Virus record (IMG/VR): IMGVR_UViG_3300026519_000001
Span: 30,262 to 94,261 of that record
Length of the DNA stretch: 64,000 nt
Origin: a virus
Direction: 5' to 3' (one strand)
Shown: piece after piece, positions 57,895 through 64,000 of the stretch
Layout of the letters: each line of letters starts with the position of its first letter
Numbering within the stretch: the stretch's first letter is position 1
Notes under the pieces: generated by a model
What the model was told of the DNA's origin: nothing
The model's database searches: none
What the model saw: the letters and a program-made list of their open reading frames with translations, nothing else
Translations under genes and position numbers: made by a program

Positions 57895-58071
57895 TTTTAA
57901 TTACAAAGTATTTACTGTTAAATCTGGAAAGTAAACTAAGTTATTCCAGAACCACTGAGCAACATTTGACATTAATTTGTAGAATGGTTGGTGAGATCCA
58001 AAATGTTGTAGATAGAAGGGATAAACAAAGCTTTGTAATTTTTAAATAAAATAAAACATTAATATAAATTT

Positions 58072-58287
58072 ATGGACGAAGAATTTACAAAATATTATAT
58101 TAAAAAATTTAGAGCTAATAAAGAAAATTATAAGATTGCTGCTTATGAATATCTATATCTTAATAAAAAAAAGAGAATTGGAAAAGTAATAAATCATTTT
58201 AGTGAAGGTGTAAATAAATATTTACAAGGAGATAAATATGTAGAAAATCTTAAGTTTACAATTAAAGAAATAATATCACAATTTTAA
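58072..58287 (+). CDS. Hypothetical protein
   Basis: Co-oriented ORF. Confidence 0.5.
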   Translation: MDEEFTKYYIKKFRANKENYKIAAYEYLYLNKKKRIGKVINHFSEGVNKYLQGDKYVENLKFTIKEIISQF

Positions 58288-58299
58288 AAAAAATAAATT

Positions 58300-58515
58300 A
58301 TGCTAAGAAATATATGGAATTTTATTAAATTGTTAATATCATTTATATTATTATTTATGATGATAGTATTACCAATAATAATATTCTTTAGTCCTATTTG
58401 GTTAATGTTTATATATAATTGGACTACTGGATTTTTATTTATTATAAGTTGGATTCCTGCAATAAGTGTAGGTGTGATAATAAGTAATTTAATAAATATA
58501 TTAAGAAAAATTTAA
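58300..58515 (+). CDS. Two-TM membrane protein
   Basis: Two hydrophobic segments; TAATG overlap with the helicase. Confidence 0.55.
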   Translation: MLRNIWNFIKLLISFILLFMMIVLPIIIFFSPIWLMFIYNWTTGFLFIISWIPAISVGVIISNLINILRKI

Positions 58516-59618
58516 TGAATAGAGAAGAACAGCAAAAAAAAATAATTGATGAATATATACCTGGAACATCAGGCATATATTTGTTATCACCTCGATTTGG
58601 AAAAACTTTACTTGCAATAAATATTATTAAAAAGATTAAGGCTAAAAAAATTTTATGGGTTACAGATAGTATTAAATTACGTGATGTAGATGTACCAGAA
58701 GAATTTATTAAGTGGAAAGCTAAATCATATATTAATAAAACTACAATAATTACATATTCTTCATTAACTAAAATTAAAGGTGAATTTGATATAATTATTT
58801 TAGATGAAATACAAAGAATAACTATTAACAATACAAAAAATTTTTTTAATAGAACAATTAAAGGAAAAGTTGCCATAGGGTTAACAGGTACTATGCCCGA
58901 ACATGAAGAAAAGTTAAATATTATCAAAAGGCTTGGACTAAAAATAATTAAATCAATAACTATTGATGAAGCTGTTAAGCAAGAATTTATAGCAGATTAT
59001 GAAATTAATGTAATTGAATGTAATTTAAATAATAATGATGCAATTATTAATGCTGGTAATAAAACTAAAAGATTTAAAACAACTGAATATAAACAATATT
59101 CATATTTAGATAATAACGTTAGAAAAGCCATGTTTAGTAGAAATCAAGCTATGATAAAATTTGCTATACTTAATAGAATGAGAGCCATATACAACTCTAA
59201 AACTAAAGAAGATGTAGGGCATTTATTAATGAAAACTTTAACTGGTAGAAAATTAATATTTTCAGGAAGCATTAAACAAGCAGAGAGGTTTAGCAAAAAT
59301 ACATACCATAGTAAAACAAATAATATTAAATTAAATAGATTTTTAGATGGCAATTTAAATGAATTAGCATGTGTTAATGCAGGTGGTACAGGCTTCACTT
59401 ATAAAGGAGTAGATCATTTTATAATAGTTCAATCTAATAGTAATAAAAATGGTAACTTTGTGCAAAAATTAAGTAGGTCAATGTTAAAACAAGATAATTA
59501 CAAAGCTCAAATATGGGTTGTATGCTTACTTAATACTAAAGATGAAGAATGGGTTAAAAATGCATTAAAGAATTTTGACTCTAAGAAAATAAAATATATT
59601 AACTTTAAAAATTTATAA
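58515..59618 (+). CDS. Superfamily 2 helicase
   Basis: SPRFGKT, ILDEIQ, GLTGT and Q..SR motifs. Confidence 0.8.
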   Translation: MNREEQQKKIIDEYIPGTSGIYLLSPRFGKTLLAINIIKKIKAKKILWVTDSIKLRDVDVPEEFIKWKAKSYINKTTIITYSSLTKIKGEFDIIILDEIQRITINNTKNFFNRTIKGKVAIGLTGTMPEHEEKLNIIKRLGLKIIKSITIDEAVKQEFIADYEINVIECNLNNNDAIINAGNKTKRFKTTEYKQYSYLDNNVRKAMFSRNQAMIKFAILNRMRAIYNSKTKEDVGHLLMKTLTGRKLIFSGSIKQAERFSKNTYHSKTNNIKLNRFLDGNLNELACVNAGGTGFTYKGVDHFIIVQSNSNKNGNFVQKLSRSMLKQDNYKAQIWVVCLLNTKDEEWVKNALKNFDSKKIKYINFKNL

Positions 59619-59702
59619 TTATGAAGTAGGAAGAACTTTTTTAGTATAGAAAAAAATATATAAAATAAGTAAATGTATTTATTGATTTAAGTATATTATA
59701 AA

Positions 59703-59945
59703 ATGAAAAAAACAAAAACTTACATTATAAAAAATTGTTTAGATTGTCCATTTAGTTATACAGAATATGATGATTATGCTTTAAATTTAGACACAATGGA
59801 AATATGTAATTTAGCAGTAAATTTAAATATAAATGACCATTTTATAAATGTGTATAATAGAATAGATGAAGAGAATATAAAACATAAAATACCTAAATGG
59901 TGTCCATTAAAGAAAGAATCATTATTATTAAAATTAAAAAATTAA
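59703..59945 (+). CDS. Small Cys-containing protein
   Basis: C..CPF...C...IPKWCPL. Confidence 0.55.
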   Translation: MKKTKTYIIKNCLDCPFSYTEYDDYALNLDTMEICNLAVNLNINDHFINVYNRIDEENIKHKIPKWCPLKKESLLLKLKN

Positions 59946-59949
59946 ATCA

Positions 59950-60150
59950 ATGAAAAAAAAACAAAATATAAAAGAACAAAGTATGTGTCCTAAATGTTTA
60001 GGAACTAAGGAGGTATTTAATTTTGTAGATGATGTAATGGAAAAATGCACTTTTTGTTTTGGAAAAGGCAATGTAGAAGCTGATAGAGCTGATAAATATG
60101 ACCCAATAGATATAGAAAATTATATGTATAAAGAAGAAGAAAATGAGTAA
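59950..60150 (+). CDS. DnaJ-type zinc-finger protein
   Basis: CPKCLG...CTFCFGKG. Confidence 0.6.
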   Translation: MKKKQNIKEQSMCPKCLGTKEVFNFVDDVMEKCTFCFGKGNVEADRADKYDPIDIENYMYKEEENE

Positions 60151-60724
60151 ATTATTAATTAAAACATGTAATGAAAACAATATTTCTCCAAATGAATTAA
60201 TAGAGTTATATACATTAATATTCCCTATTGTTAGTAATAATGTTTTATCTATTAATAATTTATACGATAAACAATTAGTAGATATTAATCATTTGCCTAC
60301 TGAAAAAGGAAAGAGACTAATTGCAGATTATTCTAATGCTTTATCTATATTAGAAGGAAGAAGAAAAACTAATAGTAAACAAGTAGATTCAGCTATATTA
60401 GAGACAGAAATAAATAATTGGATAGATGATTATAGAAAGTTATTTAAAGGTTTTAAAATGGGTGCTATGGGTGATAAAAAAGCTTGCACTACAAAAATGA
60501 TAACTTTTTTTAAAGAATATCCAGAATATGCTAACAAAGAAATAATCTTTAAAGCAGTAAAAATGTATATTAATTCTGTAAACGATACTAGATATTTAAT
60601 GAGAGCAGATTATTTTATTTTTAAAAATGATCAAAATTCTAATAGAGTATCTAATTTAGCTATTCATGCAGAAGAGGTTGATTTAGAGAAAGAAGAATTA
60701 ACACACAACATAATGATGATTTAA
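60143..60724 (+). CDS. Conserved crAss replication-module protein upstream of the DnaB-like helicase
   Basis: W...YR.LF...MG.K..C..KM..F..EYP, A.KMYI and YFIFK motifs; synteny. Confidence 0.5.
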   Translation: MSKLLIKTCNENNISPNELIELYTLIFPIVSNNVLSINNLYDKQLVDINHLPTEKGKRLIADYSNALSILEGRRKTNSKQVDSAILETEINNWIDDYRKLFKGFKMGAMGDKKACTTKMITFFKEYPEYANKEIIFKAVKMYINSVNDTRYLMRADYFIFKNDQNSNRVSNLAIHAEEVDLEKEELTHNIMMI

Positions 60725-60734
60725 ATATAAAATT

Positions 60735-60923
60735 ATGAGTAAGGAAGTAAAATTAATAATTAGTTTTAATATAACTAATGAATCTTTTAACAGTGATACA
60801 TACAAAAAGTTTGTTAAAGATTTCTATATGTATGGAAAAGAATTAATAAAACATATTAATTTTTTCAAAGAACTACCAGGATGTAGTGATGCCAAAGTCG
60901 AAGTAATAGCTTTAAATCAATGA
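60735..60923 (+). CDS. Hypothetical protein
   Basis: ATGA overlap with the helicase. Confidence 0.45.
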   Translation: MSKEVKLIISFNITNESFNSDTYKKFVKDFYMYGKELIKHINFFKELPGCSDAKVEVIALNQ

Positions 60924-62128
60924 ATTTATTCGATAGTACAATTGCCTCTATTGAAAAAAATAAAAAAAATAGCGAAGAAGGCAAAGCTAACTGTATACCA
61001 TTTAGTAAATTCAAAAGATTAAGCCAAAAACTACCTGGTATTATAAAAGGAACAAACTGGAATATTTCAGCAAGTAGTGGAATTGGAAAGACACAATTTG
61101 TAAAATCTGCATTTGTTTTAGAGCCGTTTAGGTGGGTTAAAGCTAATCCTAATAAGGGGATTAAACTAAAAATAATATATTTTGCACTTGAAGAAAGTAA
61201 AGAAGAATTTGCATATTCAATGATTTCAAATAAACTTAAAGAAGAGTTTAATATCATAATTGATCCTTTGGAATTATCTTCTATGTACGAAAATAATTGC
61301 ATAACTGAAGATATATTGGAAGCTATAAAATCACTTAAAGATTATTTTATAGAATTTTTTGAAACAGTAGATATTATTGATAGCACAGCAAATCCTTATG
61401 GAATATATAAATATATTAGATGGTATTCTAAAGAACATGGAACGCATTATTATTATAATTTTAAAACTGATAAAGAAAAAAAGTTTACTATAACAGAAGA
61501 AGAATATAATAAATTAAATGGAGTTACTTCAGGTAAAAATACTAATAATCCTATTTATGGTCAAGATGCTTTTGCTTATAGTCATTATACACCAAACGAT
61601 CCTGATGAATATGTTATTTGTATAGTTGATCATGTTTCACTTTTGCATCCTGAAAATGGCACAACACTTCATCAAGCAATGAATGATATGAGTGCTACTT
61701 ATGGGAGGAAGCAAATAACTAAACATTTTAATTATATATTTGTAGAGGTTCAACAACAAAGTGCTGCAACTGAACAAAATGTATATACAAATGCAGGAGA
61801 TAAAATTATAGAAAAGCTAAAGCCTACATTAGCTGGATTAGCTGACAATAAATTAACTGCTCGTAATGCTCATGTATGTTTAGGGTTATTTGCACCAAAT
61901 AGATATGATATATCTGAATATAAAGGTTATAATATTAAAAAATTACAGGATCAATATAGAAGTCTAATTGTAATGAAGAATAGAATAGGTAGAGGGAATA
62001 TAGAAATTCCAATGTTCTTTAATGGAGCAGTAACACAATTTTCTGAATTAAAACAAAAGCTTGATTTGTCAGATTATGATTATATTGATAAAATTCAAAA
62101 TAAAATGAGATCAAATAAAAAAACATAA
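60920..62128 (+). CDS. DnaB-like replicative helicase
   Basis: ASSGIGKT (Walker A), YFALEE, IVDH (Walker B), VQQQ, KNRIG. Confidence 0.82.
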   Translation: MNLFDSTIASIEKNKKNSEEGKANCIPFSKFKRLSQKLPGIIKGTNWNISASSGIGKTQFVKSAFVLEPFRWVKANPNKGIKLKIIYFALEESKEEFAYSMISNKLKEEFNIIIDPLELSSMYENNCITEDILEAIKSLKDYFIEFFETVDIIDSTANPYGIYKYIRWYSKEHGTHYYYNFKTDKEKKFTITEEEYNKLNGVTSGKNTNNPIYGQDAFAYSHYTPNDPDEYVICIVDHVSLLHPENGTTLHQAMNDMSATYGRKQITKHFNYIFVEVQQQSAATEQNVYTNAGDKIIEKLKPTLAGLADNKLTARNAHVCLGLFAPNRYDISEYKGYNIKKLQDQYRSLIVMKNRIGRGNIEIPMFFNGAVTQFSELKQKLDLSDYDYIDKIQNKMRSNKKT

Positions 62129-62140
62129 ACAATAAGAAAA

Positions 62141-62518
62141 ATGAAAAAAGTAAAAGTTGATGAATTAACAATTGATGGAACTGTTTACATTCCAAAATGT
62201 TCTGTTTTTGAAAAAGCAGAGTTAAAAAATGGTATGCCATTTGTAATGGTAAGAACAGAAAGTGCTGGTGTTCATTGTGGATATATGAAAAGCAGAAATG
62301 AATCAGAAGTAGTTTTATTAGAATCTATTAGAATTTGGAGTTGGTCAGGTGCTGCTTCATTATCTCAGTTAGCAATGGAGGGAACAAAAAATCCAGAAAC
62401 TTGCAAATTTGCAATGCCAATAAAAACAAGTTTGATTTTATTAAATTCTATTGAAATAATTGAAATAACAGAAGAAGCTAAAATTTCAATCCAAAATGTA
62501 AAATCATGGAAAAAATAA
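62141..62518 (+). CDS. DUF6948-like phage protein
   Basis: VMVRT.SAGVH.G and RIW.W.GAASLSQLA.EG motifs; usually paired with a Gly-rich ORF. Confidence 0.65.
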   Translation: MKKVKVDELTIDGTVYIPKCSVFEKAELKNGMPFVMVRTESAGVHCGYMKSRNESEVVLLESIRIWSWSGAASLSQLAMEGTKNPETCKFAMPIKTSLILLNSIEIIEITEEAKISIQNVKSWKK

Positions 62519-62772
62519 ATTCTGGCTCTGGCTCTGGTACTGGTAATGGTGATGGTAATGGTGATGGTGATGGTTCTGGTTATGGTGATGGTTCTGGTTA
62601 TGGTTCTGGTTCTGGTTATGGTGATGGTACTGGTTATGGTGATGGTTCTGGTTATGGTTCTGGTTATGGTTCTGGTAATGGTTCTGGTAATGGTGATGGT
62701 AATGGTGATGGTTCTGGTTCTGGTTATGGTGATGGTACTGGTTCTGGTTCTGGTTATGACAGAATATATTAA
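62506..62772 (+). CDS. Gly-rich low-complexity repeat protein (G-x)n
   Basis: GSGYGDG repeats built from hexamers GGT+TCT/TAT/GAT/AAT/ACT. Confidence 0.65.
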   Translation: MEKINSGSGSGTGNGDGNGDGDGSGYGDGSGYGSGSGYGDGTGYGDGSGYGSGYGSGNGSGNGDGNGDGSGSGYGDGTGSGSGYDRIY

Positions 62773-62796
62773 CAAAATAATAACTTTAAAAAAAAC

Positions 62797-62982
62797 ATGA
62801 GCAACAAAACAGGATTTGGGTGGGAGAATTTTAATTCTCACCTATTAAAACATGGCATGATATTAATGATTGATGAAGTTAATATTGCATACGTAGTAGA
62901 AAACACATTTAGTGGTAAAAATGGAAATATATTACGTAAAATTACAGGGGTTAGTGATACTGGCTGGATGAATGAACTATAA
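62797..62982 (+). CDS. Hypothetical protein
   Basis: Co-oriented ORF. Confidence 0.45.
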   Translation: MSNKTGFGWENFNSHLLKHGMILMIDEVNIAYVVENTFSGKNGNILRKITGVSDTGWMNEL

Positions 62983-62999
62983 ATTGAATAAAAATAAAA

Positions 63000-63785
63000 A
63001 TGGAATTACCAAATAAAAAAAATGAAGTAGTAGAAATAAATCCTAGTAGTATGATTTTATTTTCGCCACCAAAAATGGGAAAAACAACTTTAGTAGCAGA
63101 ATTAGAAGACTCTTTAATTATTGATTTAGAAAAAGGAGCTAAATTTGTTAAAGCAATGAAAGTTGAAATCAACACTTGGGATGAAATGATTGATTTAATT
63201 CAATCATTACAGAAAAAGAAAGAAGAAGATAAAAGAGGATACGCATATACATATGGAGTATTAGATACTACTACTAAATTAGAGGAACTAATACTTCCAT
63301 TTGCGGGAAGTATGTATCGGAAAACTAGCCAAGGAAAAGCTTGGGGATATATTAAAGATGCCAATGGTGTAAATACAAAAAATATTGATTCCAAAGCTGA
63401 TATTACTACATTACCGAATGGAGCTGGTTATTTGTGGACTAGAAAAGCAATGAATTCTGTATCTAATGCTTTAGAATCTGTATTTAAACATGTGATTTTT
63501 GTATGTCATGTTAAAGAAAAAAGCATTAACAAAGATGGTACAGAAATAACAACTATGGATATTGCCTTGACTGGAAAAATGGCTCAAATATTGCCATCTA
63601 ATGTAGATGCTGTTGCATTTTTACATAGAGATAGAAAAGGAAATCAATTTTTAAATTTTCAATCAAGTGATGAATTAGTGGCAGGAGCTAGACCATCTCA
63701 TTTGTTTGGAAAAGATATTGAAATTGTATCCAATAAAGATGGTGTATTAAATTACCATTGGGATAAAATATTTTTACCAGAATAA
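63000..63785 (+). CDS. AAA-family ATPase (Sak4-like recombination protein)
   Basis: SPPKMGKTT, IDLEKG, VLDT and CH motifs; GAGY. Confidence 0.75.
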   Translation: MELPNKKNEVVEINPSSMILFSPPKMGKTTLVAELEDSLIIDLEKGAKFVKAMKVEINTWDEMIDLIQSLQKKKEEDKRGYAYTYGVLDTTTKLEELILPFAGSMYRKTSQGKAWGYIKDANGVNTKNIDSKADITTLPNGAGYLWTRKAMNSVSNALESVFKHVIFVCHVKEKSINKDGTEITTMDIALTGKMAQILPSNVDAVAFLHRDRKGNQFLNFQSSDELVAGARPSHLFGKDIEIVSNKDGVLNYHWDKIFLPE

Positions 63786-63858
63786 TAGGAATATATAAAA
63801 AACAATATTAAATTTGTAAAAAAAAATCAATTAAATTAATTTAAAAACAAAAAGAAGA

Positions 63859-64000
63859 ATGAGTAATTTATTTTCAACAAAGGGCATCAAAGAAACGACA
63901 AGTAGCAATCAAAAATACATCTATGGTGGTGTATATCATGATGTTGTTATAAGTAATGTCGCAGCTGGACTTAGTAGTCAAAAACAAACTCCTTATGTAG
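63859..64000 (+). CDS. Partial ORF, possible single-stranded DNA-binding protein
   Basis: MSNLFSTKGIKE...YIYGGVYHDVVISNV...S.KQTPY; follows the Sak4-like gene; truncated by the window. Confidence 0.4.
   Translation, partial: MSNLFSTKGIKETTSSNQKYIYGGVYHDVVISNVAAGLSSQKQTPYV

Noticed and set aside
62365-62841. 158-aa minus-strand ORF and 84-aa Met/Val ORF
   Set aside because: Alternative frames of the Gly-rich hexamer repeat.
50635-63394. Minus-strand ORFs in the early/replication arm (e.g. 52229-52489, 58442-58927, 60865-61302)
   Set aside because: Antisense to better-supported plus-strand genes.
1-64000. Stop-codon reassignment (TAG/TGA), as in some crAss-like phages
   Set aside because: Late genes are full length in the standard code, TAG and TGA end genes at tight junctions, and no suppressor tRNA was seen.

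Overview
A 64-kb piece of an AT-rich Crassvirales (crAss-like) phage genome. The host is probably Bacteroidota, judged from TAnnTTTG promoters and A-rich leaders without Shine-Dalgarno sites; the genetic code is standard. Positions 1-44.2 kb are the minus-strand late module. In transcription order it carries terminase, portal, scaffold, major capsid, ring and auxiliary capsid proteins, tail fibres/spikes, a lysis cassette (M15 endolysin, holin-like genes, probable u-spanin), IHF/HU, the muzzle, and cargo proteins including the N-terminus of a giant virion protein. The strand switch (about 44.2-45.9 kb) and its flanks hold six tRNAs, long inverted repeats, C/G tracts and direct repeats. The plus-strand arm starts with tiny membrane peptides alternating with stem-closed structured elements, then an HD-domain (p)ppGpp-hydrolase-like gene and a tmRNA with an unusually long 37-codon tag. 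The most striking feature is at 51.7-54.85 kb: an array of attC-like AAC...GTT imperfect inverted repeats bounding gene cassettes, with genes both inside and between the hairpins and in-frame fusions across the GTT junction. No integrase is visible in the window. The arm ends with replication genes (SF2 helicase, DnaB-like helicase, AAA/Sak4-like ATPase). All assignments come from motif recognition and synteny by eye; no database searches were run.
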